Assembly: GCF_003334255.1 (NCBI RefSeq)
Contig: NZ_QOWU01000059.1
Source of the DNA: Escherichia coli
GTDB taxonomy: Bacteria; Pseudomonadota; Gammaproteobacteria; Enterobacterales; Enterobacteriaceae
DNA: 31,491 nt
Direction: 5' to 3' (one strand)
Shown: positions 1-9,805 of the stretch, in pieces
How the letters are laid out: every line of letters begins with the position of its first letter
Position numbering within the stretch: the first letter of the stretch is position 1
Position numbers and translations under genes: made by a program
The notes under the pieces: generated by a model
The model's database searches: none
What the model was told of the DNA's origin: nothing
The model's input: the letters and a program-made list of their open reading frames with translations, nothing else

Positions 1-63
1 GACATCAGTACCCGTGATGAAGGCGGGGGCGGAAAGGTCGTGGTTATCGGGCGGCAGGGGTAA
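1..63 (+). CDS. 3' end of a phage tail assembly protein I-like gene (partial; start lies upstream of the window)
   Basis: Frame 1 runs open from base 1 to a TAA at 61-63 (…DISTRDEGGGGKVVVIGRQG*). It sits directly upstream of the J homolog, as gene I does in lambda. Identification rests on position and on the Gly-rich C-terminus only. Confidence 0.4.
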   Translation, partial: DISTRDEGGGGKVVVIGRQG

Positions 64-406
64 AAAGAATAAAAAAATCCCGCAGTGATCGCGGACAGGA
101 ACTGCGGGAGAGTTACGAAGATTAAGTGTAAGGAATTATTCTTATATCACGACAAAAAAATTAACGCAGAGAAATTATACGCGCCACAGTCAGTTTGTGA
201 AAATGTGAAGATATTCAGAATTTTTATGCCATTACCGGTTTTAACCAACAGGATTATCGGTGGGCATGAAAGAAAACCCCGGTATCTGCTGATACCGGGG
301 TTTCTCTTTAGCATGGCAGAAATGTGTTTCATGCTTTTCGGGCGAAGGATATCCGACTTCTGTACGGAATGGCAAGTGGCGGTTAATTTATTCAGGGGAA
401 GGCTGT

Positions 407-3400
407 ATGGGAAAAGGTGGCGGTAAGGCACACACGCCTCGTGAGGCGAAGGATAATCTCAAATCCACGCAGATGATGAGCGTGATTGATGCGATTGGTG
501 AGGGACCGATAGAAGGTCCGGTGAAGGGACTGCAGAGTATCCTGGTGAACAAAACCCCGCTGACGGACACGGACGGTAATCCCGTGATACACGGTGTGAC
601 GGCGGTCTGGCGCGCCGGGGAGCAGGAGCAGACACCACCGGAAGGCTTTGAGTCCTCCGGTGCTGAAACCGGACTGGGCGTGGAAGTGACGAAGGCAAAA
701 CCGGTGACGCGCACCATTACGTCCGCGAACATTGACCGCCTGCGGGTTACCTTCGGGGTGCAGTCACTGGTGCAGACCACGTCAAAGGGTGACCGAAACC
801 CGACATCCGTCCGCCTGCTGATTCAGTTACAGCGTAACGGTAACTGGGTGACAGAAAAGGATGTCACCATTAACGGCAAGACCACCTCGCAGTTTCTGGC
901 GTCGGTGATTCTGGATAATCTGCCTCCCCGTCCTTTTAACATCCGGATGGTCCGGGAGACAGCGGACAGCACCACGGACCAGCTGCAGAATAAGACGCTG
1001 TGGTCGTCATACACCGAAATCATCGATGTGAAACAGTGCTACCCGAACACGGCCATTGTGGGGCTGCAGGTGGATGCGGAGCAGTTCGGCGGCCAGCAGA
1101 TGACGGTGAACTACCATATCCGCGGTCGCATCATCCAGGTGCCGTCAAACTATGACCCGGAAAAACGCACGTACAGTGGTATCTGGGACGGCAGTCTGAA
1201 ACCGGCATACAGCAACAACCCGGCCTGGTGCCTGTGGGACATGCTGACTCACCCGCGCTACGGCATGGGAAAACGTCTGGGGGCGGCGGATGTGGACAAG
1301 TGGGCGCTGTATGCCATCGGGCAGTACTGCGACCAGACGGTCCCGGATGGTTTCGGGGGGACCGAGCCGCGGATGACCTTTAATGCGTACCTGGCACAAC
1401 AGCGTAAGGCGTGGGACGTTCTCAGTGATTTCTGCTCTGCGATGCGCTGTATGCCGGTATGGAACGGTCAGACGCTGACGTTCGTTCAGGACCGCCCGTC
1501 GGATGTGGTGTGGCCGTACACCAGCAGCGATGTGGTGGTGGATGATAACGGCGTGGGGTTCCGCTACAGCTTCAGTGCCCTGAAGGACCGGCACACGGCG
1601 GTGGAGGTGAATTACACCGACCCGCAGAACGGCTGGCAGACCTCCACGGAACTGGTGGAAGACCCGGAAGCCATACTGCGCTACGGACGCAACCTGCTGA
1701 AGATGGACGCGTTCGGCTGTACCAGCCGCGGTCAGGCCCACCGTGCCGGGCTGTGGGTGATAAAGACCGAACTGCTGGAAACGCAGACGGTGGATTTCAC
1801 GCTCGGGTCACAGGGGCTGCGTCACACACCCGGTGACATCATTGAAATCTGTGATAACGACTATGCCGGGACCATGACCGGCGGACGTGTCCTGTCCATC
1901 GATGCCGCCAGCCGTACCCTGACGCTGGACCGGGAGGTGACACTGCCGGAGACCGGCACGGCCACTGTTAATCTGATTAACGGCAGCGGTAAGCCGGCGA
2001 GCGTGGCCATCACCGCACACCCCGCGCCTGACCGGATACAGGTCAGCACCCTGCCGGATGGTGTGGAGACATACGGTGTGTGGGGACTCTCCCTGCCGTC
2101 ACTGCGTCGTCGCCTGTTCCGCTGTGTCTCCATCCGGGAAAACACGGACGGCACCTTTGCCATCACGGCGGTGCAGCACGTACCTGAAAAAGAAGCCATC
2201 GTGGATAACGGGGCCCGCTTTGAGCCGCAGTCAGGCACCCTGAACAGCGTTATCCCACCGGCAGTGCAGCACCTGACGGTGGAGGTGAGTGCAGCTGACG
2301 GTCAGTATCTGGCACAGGCGAAATGGGACACGCCGCGGGTGGTGAAGGGTGTGCGCTTCAGTCTGCGTCTGACCAGCGGAAGCGGAGAAGACAGCCGTCT
2401 GGTGAGCACCGCCAGCACCGCAGACACGGAGCACCGTTTCAGCGGCCTGCCACTGGGGGAATACACCCTGACGGTCAGGGCGATTAACAGTTATGGCCAG
2501 CAGGGCGAACCGGCCACCACCACGTTCAGGATTAACGCACCTGCAAAACCCGCCACCATTGAGCTGACGCCGGGGTATTTTCAGATAACGGCGGTCCCGC
2601 GTCTTGCGGTGTATGACCCGACGGTACAGTTTGAATTCTGGTTCTCAGAAAAACGCATCACGAACACAGCACAGGTGGAAAAATCTGCCCGTTATCTGGG
2701 GACCGGCAGTCAGTGGACTGTCCATGGGAGCCGGATTAAGCCGGGGACGGATTTCTGGTTTTACGTGCGAAGCGTCAACCTGGTGGGAAAATCTGCTTTT
2801 GTGGAAGCCAGCGGGCAGCCCAGCAATGATGGTGAAGGGTATCTGGAAATTTTCCGGGGGCTGATAGATGAGACGCTTCTGGGCCAGGCACTGAAAGAGC
2901 GCATTGATGCTTCAGCGCTGCGTACGGAGGTCACGCAACTGGAAGAAGACATCCGTCAGCGGATGGACACGGATATCGCAGAAGTGACCCGGAAAATCGG
3001 GAAGGCGGAAAACAGCCTCACGCAGCTGGTTGCGAAAAAGAATGAGGACCAGACACTGGCCATCGCGCAGGTGAGCCAGAAAGTGGACCGGGTGAGCAGT
3101 GAAATCTCACAGACTGTCAGCCAGGGGCAGTCAGAAAACGCCCGACAGATAGCACAGGTCCGCCAGTACGTGGATAAAAAAGGGAGTGAAATTACCTCGA
3201 CCACGGATAAAAAGCTGGGTGACCAGGCCGTGACCATACAGCAAATCCAGCGGGTTCAGTCAGACACGCGCAATGAGCTGAATGCCATGTATATGCTGAA
3301 GGTGCAGAAAACAAAAAACGGTATTCCCTATGTGGCCGGGATTGGCGCGGGGATTGAGGATGTTGATGGTCAGACGCTGAGCAGTATTCTGCTGCAGGCG

Positions 3401-4099
3401 GACCGTATCGCGATGATTACCCCGGAGAACGGCAACACCACGCCGCTGTTTGTGGCGCAGGGGAATCAGCTGTTCATGAACGACGTGTTCCTGAAGCGAC
3501 TGTTTGCGGTGAGCATCACGTCATCCGGCAATCCTCCTACGTTTTCCCTGACGCCGGATGGCAGGCTGACAGCCCGCAATGCGGATATCAGTGGAGCCAT
3601 CACGGCGAATACCGGCACGCTCAATAATGTCACCATTAACGAGAACTGTGTCATCAGAGGGAAACTGTCTGCAAACCAGATTGAAGGCGATCTCGTTAAA
3701 ACAGTGGGTAAGGCTTTCCCCCGTGACTCCCGTGCACCGGAGCGTTGGCCATCAGGAACCATTACCGTCAGGGTTTATGACGATCAGCCGTTTAACCGGC
3801 AGATTGTTATTCCGGCGGTGGCTTTCAGCGGTGCCAGACATGAGCGGGAGAACAGCGATACTTATTCGTCATGCCGCCTGATAGTACGGAAAAACGGTGC
3901 TGAAATTTATAACCGTACCGCGCTGGATAATACGCTGATTTACAGTGGTGTTATTGATATGCCTGCTGGTCGCGGCCACATGACGCTGGAGTTTTCTGTA
4001 TCAGCATGGTGGGTAAATGGCTGGTATCCCACAGCAAGTATCAGCGATTTGCTGGTTGTTGTGATGAAGAAAGCCACTGCAGGCATCACGATTAGCTGA
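407..4099 (+). CDS. J: Phage host specificity protein J (tail tip / central tail fiber), 1230 aa
   Basis: N-terminus [22 protein letters not shown]… and long collinear stretches (…[22 protein letters not shown]…, …[24 protein letters not shown]…, …[18 protein letters not shown]…) match lambda gpJ as I recall it. AGGGGAAGG Shine-Dalgarno lies ahead of the ATG at 407. About 100 aa longer than lambda J, with extra coiled-coil-like sequence near aa 820-950. Confidence 0.93.
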   Translation: MGKGGGKAHTPREAKDNLKSTQMMSVIDAIGEGPIEGPVKGLQSILVNKTPLTDTDGNPVIHGVTAVWRAGEQEQTPPEGFESSGAETGLGVEVTKAKPVTRTITSANIDRLRVTFGVQSLVQTTSKGDRNPTSVRLLIQLQRNGNWVTEKDVTINGKTTSQFLASVILDNLPPRPFNIRMVRETADSTTDQLQNKTLWSSYTEIIDVKQCYPNTAIVGLQVDAEQFGGQQMTVNYHIRGRIIQVPSNYDPEKRTYSGIWDGSLKPAYSNNPAWCLWDMLTHPRYGMGKRLGAADVDKWALYAIGQYCDQTVPDGFGGTEPRMTFNAYLAQQRKAWDVLSDFCSAMRCMPVWNGQTLTFVQDRPSDVVWPYTSSDVVVDDNGVGFRYSFSALKDRHTAVEVNYTDPQNGWQTSTELVEDPEAILRYGRNLLKMDAFGCTSRGQAHRAGLWVIKTELLETQTVDFTLGSQGLRHTPGDIIEICDNDYAGTMTGGRVLSIDAASRTLTLDREVTLPETGTATVNLINGSGKPASVAITAHPAPDRIQVSTLPDGVETYGVWGLSLPSLRRRLFRCVSIRENTDGTFAITAVQHVPEKEAIVDNGARFEPQSGTLNSVIPPAVQHLTVEVSAADGQYLAQAKWDTPRVVKGVRFSLRLTSGSGEDSRLVSTASTADTEHRFSGLPLGEYTLTVRAINSYGQQGEPATTTFRINAPAKPATIELTPGYFQITAVPRLAVYDPTVQFEFWFSEKRITNTAQVEKSARYLGTGSQWTVHGSRIKPGTDFWFYVRSVNLVGKSAFVEASGQPSNDGEGYLEIFRGLIDETLLGQALKERIDASALRTEVTQLEEDIRQRMDTDIAEVTRKIGKAENSLTQLVAKKNEDQTLAIAQVSQKVDRVSSEISQTVSQGQSENARQIAQVRQYVDKKGSEITSTTDKKLGDQAVTIQQIQRVQSDTRNELNAMYMLKVQKTKNGIPYVAGIGAGIEDVDGQTLSSILLQADRIAMITPENGNTTPLFVAQGNQLFMNDVFLKRLFAVSITSSGNPPTFSLTPDGRLTARNADISGAITANTGTLNNVTINENCVIRGKLSANQIEGDLVKTVGKAFPRDSRAPERWPSGTITVRVYDDQPFNRQIVIPAVAFSGARHERENSDTYSSCRLIVRKNGAEIYNRTALDNTLIYSGVIDMPAGRGHMTLEFSVSAWWVNGWYPTASISDLLVVVMKKATAGITIS

Positions 4100-4118
4100 A
4101 TTTTATAACCCCAATACG

Positions 4119-4142
4119 GGCGCCAGAAATGGCGCCTTTTTT
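4119..4142 (+). terminator. Intrinsic terminator-like hairpin after J (GGCGCC-agaaat-GGCGCC followed by TTTTTT)
   Basis: Read directly: 6-bp GC stem 4119-4124 / 4131-4136, 6-nt loop, then a T6 run at 4137-4142. Confidence 0.55.
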
Positions 4143-4166
4143 ATTGCAGAAAAGCGAGAGGTAATT

Positions 4167-4766
4167 ATGCGTAAAGTTTGTGCAGCCATTTTGTCCGCAG
4201 CCATCTGTCTGTCCGTATCCGGTGCGCCTGCATGGGCGTCTGAACATCAGTCCACACTGAGCGCGGGGTATCTTCATGCCCGTACGAACGCTCCCGGCAG
4301 CGATAATCTGAACGGGATTAACGTGAAATACCGTTATGAGTTTACGGACGCGCTGGGGCTGATTACGTCCTTCAGTTATGCCAATGCTGAGGATGAGCAA
4401 AAAACGCACTACAGCGATACCCGCTGGCATGAAGATTCCGTGCGTAACCGCTGGTTCAGCGTGATGGCGGGGCCGTCTGTACGCGTGAATGAATGGTTCA
4501 GCGCGTATGCGATGGTGGGTGTGGCTTACAGCCGTGTGTCGACTTTCTCCGGGGATTATCTCCGCGTAACTGACAACAAGGGGAAAACGCACGATGTGCT
4601 GACCGGAAGTGATGACGGTCGCCACAGCAACACGTCTCTGGCGTGGGGGGCTGGCGTGCAGTTTAACCCGACCGAATCCGTAACCATTGACCTTGCTTAT
4701 GAAGGTTCCGGTAGTGGCGACTGGCGAACGGATGCATTTATTGTTGGTATCGGATACCGTTTCTGA
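4167..4766 (+). CDS. lom: Lom/Ail-family outer membrane beta-barrel protein (lambda lom homolog), 199 aa
   Basis: Signal peptide MRKVCAAILSAAICLSVSGAPAWA, C-terminal aromatic residue (…GIGYRF), GAGAGG Shine-Dalgarno, and the J-lom-stf order typical of lambdoid phages. Sequence resembles lambda Lom. Confidence 0.88.
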   Translation: MRKVCAAILSAAICLSVSGAPAWASEHQSTLSAGYLHARTNAPGSDNLNGINVKYRYEFTDALGLITSFSYANAEDEQKTHYSDTRWHEDSVRNRWFSVMAGPSVRVNEWFSAYAMVGVAYSRVSTFSGDYLRVTDNKGKTHDVLTGSDDGRHSNTSLAWGAGVQFNPTESVTIDLAYEGSGSGDWRTDAFIVGIGYRF

Positions 4767-4870
4767 CAACAGACGCCGATTTATCTTCTGTAAATATTGT
4801 TATGATACGCAGGTTCATCCACCTTATGGGGTGAACTGCGTTTGAGGAAACGTAAAGTTACACTGTCCTG

Positions 4871-4903
4871 AAGCCCGTGGCGTCACTGCTGCGGGCTTTT
4901 TTT
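4871..4903 (+). terminator. Intrinsic terminator-like hairpin between lom and stf
   Basis: aAGCCCG…CGGGCTt stem (4871-4877 / 4892-4898) with further wobble pairs inward, followed by T7 at 4897-4903. Confidence 0.55.
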
Positions 4904-4917
4904 ATTGGTGGAAAAGT

Positions 4918-7900
4918 ATGACAGTAAAAATTTCTGGCGTGCTTAAAGATGGCACAGGAAAACCAGTACAGAACTGCACCATTGTGCTGAAGGCCAGACG
5001 AACCAGCAGCACGGTGGTGGTGAACACGGTGGCCTCTGAAAATCCGGATGAAGCCGGACGTTACAGCATGGATGTTGAGCATGGCCAGTACAGCGTCACC
5101 CTGCTGGTTGAAGGTTTTCCGCCTTCACATGCCGGGACCATTACCGTCTATGAAGGTTCCAGACCAGGTACGCTGAATGATTTTCTCGGTGCCATGACGG
5201 AGGATGATGTCCGACCGGAGGCACTGCGCCGCTTTGAGCAGATGGTGGAAGAGGTGTCACGTAACGCCTCCGCGGTTGCACAGAATACGGCAGCCGCGAA
5301 AAAATCAGCCAGCGATGCCAGTGCATCAGCCAGCGAGGCGGCAACTCATGCAACCGATGCTGCAGCCTCAGCACGTGCCGCCAGCACGTCAGCCGGACAG
5401 GCCGCGTCGTCGGCTCAGTCAGCGTCTTCCAGCGCAGGAACGGCATCGACAAAGGCCCGTGAAGCAGCAAAAAGTGCTGCTGCTGCAGAGTCATCAAAAA
5501 GCGCGGCAGCTACCAGCGCCAGTGCCGCGAAAACGTCAGAAACGAATGCCGCAGCATCACAAAAATCGGCAGCCACTTCTGCATCCACAGCGACCACGAA
5601 GGCGTCAGAAGCTGCCACCTCGGCACGGGGTGCGGCGGCCTCAAAAGAGGCAGCGAAATCTTCAGAAACGAATGCATCATCAAGTGCCAGTAGTGCAGCT
5701 TCCTCGGCAACGGCGGCAGGAAATTCCGCGAAGGCGGCAAAAACGTCCGAGACGAACGCTAAGTCTTCTGAAACAGCAGCGGGACAGAGCGCCTCAGCTG
5801 CGGCAGGTTCAAAAACAGCGGCTGCATTATCTGCCAGTGCCGCGTCAACAAGTGCCGGGCAGGCCTCAGCCAGTGCCACCGCCGCCGGAAAATCGGCAGA
5901 AAGCGCCGCATCATCCGCTTCAACAGCCACAACGAAAGCTGGCAAAGCCACTGAGCAAGCCACTGCAGCAGCGAGGTCTGCTTCTGCAGCAAAAACCTCT
6001 GAAACAAATGCAAAGACTTCAGCAGACAATGCTGCTTCCTCTAAGGCGGCAGCCGCATCGTCAGCCAGTTCAGCGGCGTCATCGGCATCATCTGCGTCTG
6101 CTTCAAAAGATGAGGCGACCAGACAAGCGTCAGCAGCGAAAGGTAGTGCCACGACAGCAACAACGAAAGCATCAGAGGCGGCAGGCAGTGCGACGGCTGC
6201 ATCTCAGAGCAAAGTTGCTGCTGAATCCGCGGCAACGCGCGCCGAGACAGCAGCAAAACGGGCAGAGGATATTGCATCCGCCGTGGCGCTGGAGGATGCG
6301 AGCACGACGAAAAAGGGGATAGTACAGCTCAGCAGTGCAACAAACAGCACCAGTGAAAAGCTGGCGGCAACGCCAAAGGCAGTTAAAACTGTTAAAGATA
6401 GTTCAGTTCAAAAAACTGGCGACACAATGGGAGGGCAGTTAAAAATCAGCACGATAAATGCTCTTCGAATATTCAACCAAGCCTTTGGCCTTATTTTTAG
6501 GCGTTCCGAAGATCATCTTCATCTTATTCCGACTAATGAAGGGGAGGGGGAAAATGGAGACATCGGTTCATTAAGACCATTCTCTATAAACTTAAGATCA
6601 GGGTTGGTGTCCATCGGTAATGGACTAAAAGTTGGTGGTAGTGTTACTGGTAATTTGACCGGAAACGCAGATACTGCGACCAAGATCAAGACAGCACGTA
6701 AGATTGGGGGCGTGGCATTTGATGGATCGGCAGATATCAACTTGCCTGGAGTCAACGCTACCGGTAATCAAAACACTACAGGTAATGCTGCGACCGCCAC
6801 GAAACTTCAGGCAGCCAGAACGATTAACGGTGTGTCATTTGATGGTAGTGCAAATATCACATTGACCCCTTCAAATATTGGGGCATTGGCATTAACTGGA
6901 GGGACTCTTTCAGGTGGTTTAACTGCTGCTGGTGAGGTTATTTCAAGGTCAGCAAATGGTCTGCGTATTGCCTATGGCAACTATGGATTCTTTATCCGAA
7001 ATGATGGATCAAACACATATTTTATGTTGACAGATTCGGGTAACAGTCTTGGTACGCACAATAGCTTAAGGCCGTTTATAATTAGTAACCATACTGGCAA
7101 TGTTACAATTGCAACTAAATTAAACGCGAGTGGTGGTATCACTGGATCTTTATCGGGTAATGCAAGCACAGCAACCAAATTGCAAACTGCAAGGACAATT
7201 AACGGCGTAAAATTTGACGGCTCGGCAAATATTGAAGCGTTTCCGCCAGGTGTTCCGCTGCCGTGGCCATCAGATACACCACCTGCAGGTTATGCGATCA
7301 TGCAGGGGCAGACGTTTGATAAGGCAGCATATCCGAAACTGGCTATTGCCTATCCTTCAGGTGTTATTCCAGATATGCGCGGCTGGACAATCAAGGGCAA
7401 ACCCGCCAGTGGCCGGGCCGTATTGTCTCAGGAACAGGACGGCATAAAATCGCACACCCACAGCGCCAGCGCATCCAGTACGGATTTGGGGACGAAAACC
7501 ACATCGTCGTTTGATTACGGCACTAAATCCACGAATAACACCGGGGCGCATACGCACAGTCTGAGTGGCTCTACGGGGTCTGCCGGTGTTCATACTCATG
7601 GTAATGGTATTCGTTGGCCAGGAGGCGGCGGTTCTGCGTTAGCATTTTATGATGGCGGTGGGTTCACTTATGTCCAGAATTCACAGTATCAAGTAAGCCC
7701 GGAGACTTCTTCCTATAGATCGTATTATCAACGTATTCAGACACAGTCAGCAGGTGCTCATACCCACTCGCTGTCTGGTACTGCAGCAAGTTCTGGCGCA
7801 CATGCACATACTGTAGGTATTGGTGCGCATACGCACTCCGTTGCGATTGGTTCACATGGACACACCATCACCGTTAACGCTGCGGGTAACGCGGAAAACA

Positions 7901-7944
7901 CCGTCAAAAACATCGCATTTAACTATATTGTGAGGCTTGCATAA
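4918..7944 (+). CDS. stf: Side tail fiber protein (Stf-like), 1008 aa, mosaic
   Basis: N-terminus [22 protein letters not shown]… and C-terminus …[31 protein letters not shown] match lambda Stf as recalled. Contains an Ala/Ser/Thr-rich low-complexity segment, three copies of a G-N-x-x-TATK(L/I)-x-(T/A)AR-x-I-(N/G)GV-x-FDGSA(N/D)I phage tail-fiber repeat (about nt 6650-7240), and His-rich HTHS/HAHT repeats near the C-terminus. Confidence 0.9.
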   Translation: MTVKISGVLKDGTGKPVQNCTIVLKARRTSSTVVVNTVASENPDEAGRYSMDVEHGQYSVTLLVEGFPPSHAGTITVYEGSRPGTLNDFLGAMTEDDVRPEALRRFEQMVEEVSRNASAVAQNTAAAKKSASDASASASEAATHATDAAASARAASTSAGQAASSAQSASSSAGTASTKAREAAKSAAAAESSKSAAATSASAAKTSETNAAASQKSAATSASTATTKASEAATSARGAAASKEAAKSSETNASSSASSAASSATAAGNSAKAAKTSETNAKSSETAAGQSASAAAGSKTAAALSASAASTSAGQASASATAAGKSAESAASSASTATTKAGKATEQATAAARSASAAKTSETNAKTSADNAASSKAAAASSASSAASSASSASASKDEATRQASAAKGSATTATTKASEAAGSATAASQSKVAAESAATRAETAAKRAEDIASAVALEDASTTKKGIVQLSSATNSTSEKLAATPKAVKTVKDSSVQKTGDTMGGQLKISTINALRIFNQAFGLIFRRSEDHLHLIPTNEGEGENGDIGSLRPFSINLRSGLVSIGNGLKVGGSVTGNLTGNADTATKIKTARKIGGVAFDGSADINLPGVNATGNQNTTGNAATATKLQAARTINGVSFDGSANITLTPSNIGALALTGGTLSGGLTAAGEVISRSANGLRIAYGNYGFFIRNDGSNTYFMLTDSGNSLGTHNSLRPFIISNHTGNVTIATKLNASGGITGSLSGNASTATKLQTARTINGVKFDGSANIEAFPPGVPLPWPSDTPPAGYAIMQGQTFDKAAYPKLAIAYPSGVIPDMRGWTIKGKPASGRAVLSQEQDGIKSHTHSASASSTDLGTKTTSSFDYGTKSTNNTGAHTHSLSGSTGSAGVHTHGNGIRWPGGGGSALAFYDGGGFTYVQNSQYQVSPETSSYRSYYQRIQTQSAGAHTHSLSGTAASSGAHAHTVGIGAHTHSVAIGSHGHTITVNAAGNAENTVKNIAFNYIVRLA

Positions 7945-8528
7945 TGGCATTCAGAATGAGTGAACAAGCACGGACCATAAAAATTTATAATCTGCTGGCC
8001 GGAACTAATGAATTTATTGGTGAAGGTGACGCATATATTCCGCCTCATACAGGTCTGCCAGCAAACAGTACCGATATTGCACCACCAGATATTCCTGCTG
8101 GCTTTGTGGCTGTTTTCAACAGTGATGAGGCATCGTGGCATCTCGTTGAAGACCATCGGGGGAAAACGGTTTATGACGTAGCGTCAGGGGACGAGTTATT
8201 TATTTCTGAACTCGGTCCGTTACCGGAAAATGTTACCTGGTTATCGCCGGAAGGGGAGTTTCAGAAGTGGAACGGCACAGCCTGGGTGAAGGATACGGAA
8301 GCAGAAAAACTGTTCCGGATCCGGGAGGCGGAAGAAACAAAAAACAACCTGATGCAGGTAGCCAGTGAGCATATTGCGCCGCTTCAGGATGCTGCAGATC
8401 TGGAAATTGCAACGGAGAAAGAAACCTCATTGCTGGAAGCCTGGAAAAAGTATCGGGTGTTGCTGAACCGTGTTGATACATCAACTGCACCTGATATTGA
8501 GTGGCCTACGAACCCTGTCAGGGAGTAA
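7944..8528 (+). CDS. tfa: Tail fiber assembly protein (Tfa), 194 aa
   Basis: [34 protein letters not shown]… is near-identical to lambda Tfa as recalled. The start overlaps the stf stop in a TAATG arrangement (translational coupling). Confidence 0.92.
   Translation: MAFRMSEQARTIKIYNLLAGTNEFIGEGDAYIPPHTGLPANSTDIAPPDIPAGFVAVFNSDEASWHLVEDHRGKTVYDVASGDELFISELGPLPENVTWLSPEGEFQKWNGTAWVKDTEAEKLFRIREAEETKNNLMQVASEHIAPLQDAADLEIATEKETSLLEAWKKYRVLLNRVDTSTAPDIEWPTNPVRE
8367..8528 (+). repeat. Direct repeat copy A (3' end of tfa), ~160 bp
   Basis: Nucleotide alignment by eye: gagcatattgcgccgcttcaggatgctgcagatctggaaattgcaacgg… versus gagtatattgcgccactgcaggatgctgtagatctggaaatcgcaacgg… at 9416; roughly 85-90% identity, same orientation. 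Confidence 0.75.
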
Positions 8529-8542
8529 TCATTGGGATTATG

Positions 8543-8590
8543 CCGCAGCACGTCTTAAGCAAGAACGTGCTGCGGTTGGATGCTATTTTT
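8543..8590. terminator. Hairpin plus T-run between convergent tfa (+) and methyltransferase (-); likely bidirectional terminator
   Basis: Perfect 11-bp stem CCGCAGCACGT (8543-8553) / ACGTGCTGCGG (8565-8575), 11-nt loop, then …tgctatttttt to 8590. Confidence 0.5.
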
Positions 8591-9251
8591 TCCCTGAAGC
8601 GGAAAACATTACTACAGTACCTTGAACCTTGGTTTTAACATTCTCGAAATGCTCTGAGAGTATATGTGTTAAGCCTTCTTCGGAATCTTTTGTGTTTGAA
8701 AAGATGCCTTTCTGATTGTAAATGCGCATCAGTTTTTGACCGAAGCTATTGTGCACAACTCCATCGCCAAGAATTGTGGCTCCGTATAGAGTTCCATCGT
8801 CAGTTAAGGCCTGCGCCGCATTGCGTATTACACAGCTTTTTGTAGATATATTTCCAGGCAGGCAGTGAAGAAGGTAAAACATGGAAATGGAATCAAATTG
8901 ACCATGTAACGCCGCGGGATAAGGTTCAAAAACATCATGGCTAATTTTATGTTTAATTTTTGATTCCCCAGCCCTTGTAGATGCCGCGTTCAGGCTAGCT
9001 TCGTTCAAATCCATTAAAGATATCAGACTACTCTCAGGTACGTGAGTAAGGTAAAACCCAGTTCCAACACCAATATCCAGATGGTTGTTACCTACATGTT
9101 CCAGAAAGTGTGGAAGAAGGTGTTCCTTTGTAGGACATCCCCATGCAAGCCGATTTGATACTCCCAAAACCCACCAGTCATAAAGCTTTAGGGTAAGTGG
9201 TGTGTAAATTTTAGCCCCATCATCTGTGTTTTTTTTCATTGATTTCACCAT
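8583..9251 (-). CDS. Class I SAM-dependent methyltransferase (prophage cargo gene), 222 aa from the first ATG
   Basis: Glycine-rich SAM-binding motif I (…HLDIGVGTGFYL…) followed by an acidic residue at the end of the next beta-strand (…ISLMDLNE…). Opposite strand to the tail genes and visibly more AT-rich than its flanks. The start is ambiguous: ATG at 9249-9251 (MVKS…) or ATG at 9236-9238 (MKKNT…, preceded by GGTGA at SD spacing). Confidence 0.75.
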   Translation of the reverse strand: MVKSMKKNTDDGAKIYTPLTLKLYDWWVLGVSNRLAWGCPTKEHLLPHFLEHVGNNHLDIGVGTGFYLTHVPESSLISLMDLNEASLNAASTRAGESKIKHKISHDVFEPYPAALHGQFDSISMFYLLHCLPGNISTKSCVIRNAAQALTDDGTLYGATILGDGVVHNSFGQKLMRIYNQKGIFSNTKDSEEGLTHILSEHFENVKTKVQGTVVMFSASGKK

Positions 9252-9307
9252 GTTATAGTTTTATTTGTGAATTAAATCAATTATGGCGATGAATTACAAG
9301 GGGTTAA

Positions 9308-9574
9308 ATGCTGCCGCAGCATAGCGATATTGAAATAGCCTGGTATGCTTCGATACAGCAGGAGCCGAATGACTGGAAGACCGTCACCACACAGTTCCAC
9401 ATCCAGGAATTCAGTGAGTATATTGCGCCACTGCAGGATGCTGTAGATCTGGAAATCGCAACGGCGGAAGAAAGATCGTTGCTGGAGGCATGGAATAAAT
9501 ATCGGGTATTGTTGAATCGTGTTGATACATCAACTGCACCTGATATTGAGTGGCCGACTTCACCTGCAGAGTAA
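9308..9574 (+). pseudogene. Partial second copy of tfa (C-terminal domain only, 88-aa ORF)
   Basis: C-terminal ~50 aa ([47 protein letters not shown]…) parallel the C-terminus of the Tfa at 7944-8528. The N-terminal part has no Tfa N-domain, so it is probably a remnant. Confidence 0.6.
9416..9574 (+). repeat. Direct repeat copy B (3' end of the tfa fragment)
   Basis: See copy A. The two copies bracket the methyltransferase gene. Confidence 0.75.
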
Positions 9575-9610
9575 TCAACGGCGCAGGGATGATATTTTGT
9601 GCTTGAAGTG

Positions 9611-9640
9611 CCTCCCCGACCATTCAGATAGTCGGGGAGG
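9611..9640. other. Perfect 10-bp stem hairpin (CCTCCCCGAC-n10-GTCGGGGAGG) near the prophage/chromosome junction
   Basis: Read directly. No clean U-tract on either side, so its role (terminator, att-associated structure) is open. Confidence 0.35.
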
Positions 9641-9805
9641 GGTATTGGGATTATACGCAATCAGTTTTAGTTAAAGACCGAAGCTCTCGAAAAATCTTTC
9701 TCCAAAACCAGAATGGAATTGATTGATTTTGATAGGATCTATAACGCCGTTACCTTAAACGGCAAAACCACTCAAAAACAAACTTAATGCATTGAATATA
9801 AAGGA

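Noticed and set aside
85-431. 113-aa plus-strand and 94-aa minus-strand ORFs in the gpI'-J spacer
   Set aside because: AT-rich with no recognisable similarity and no convincing ribosome-binding sites; the plus-strand ORF runs into the J start. Kept only as a possible degraded cargo gene under the spacer finding.
1145-1741. 198-aa minus-strand ORF inside J, plus several 60-125 aa ORFs within J
   Set aside because: Fully nested antisense in a confidently called long gene; Arg/His/Pro-rich translations typical of out-of-frame reading of GC-rich coding DNA.
5204-6322. 372-aa plus-strand and 245-aa minus-strand (5415-6152) ORFs overlapping stf
   Set aside because: Both lie in the Ala/Ser-rich repetitive part of stf and translate to extreme low-complexity sequence (Arg/Gln/Pro-rich and Ala/Asp/Glu-rich). 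They are frame artefacts of GCN/AGC-rich repeats.
6650-7240. Regularly spaced ~80-bp nucleotide repeats that might superficially suggest a CRISPR-like array
   Set aside because: The repeats are in-frame within stf and encode the tail-fiber repeat motif. Spacing and length are irregular, and there are no cas genes, no leader and no conserved short palindromic repeat.
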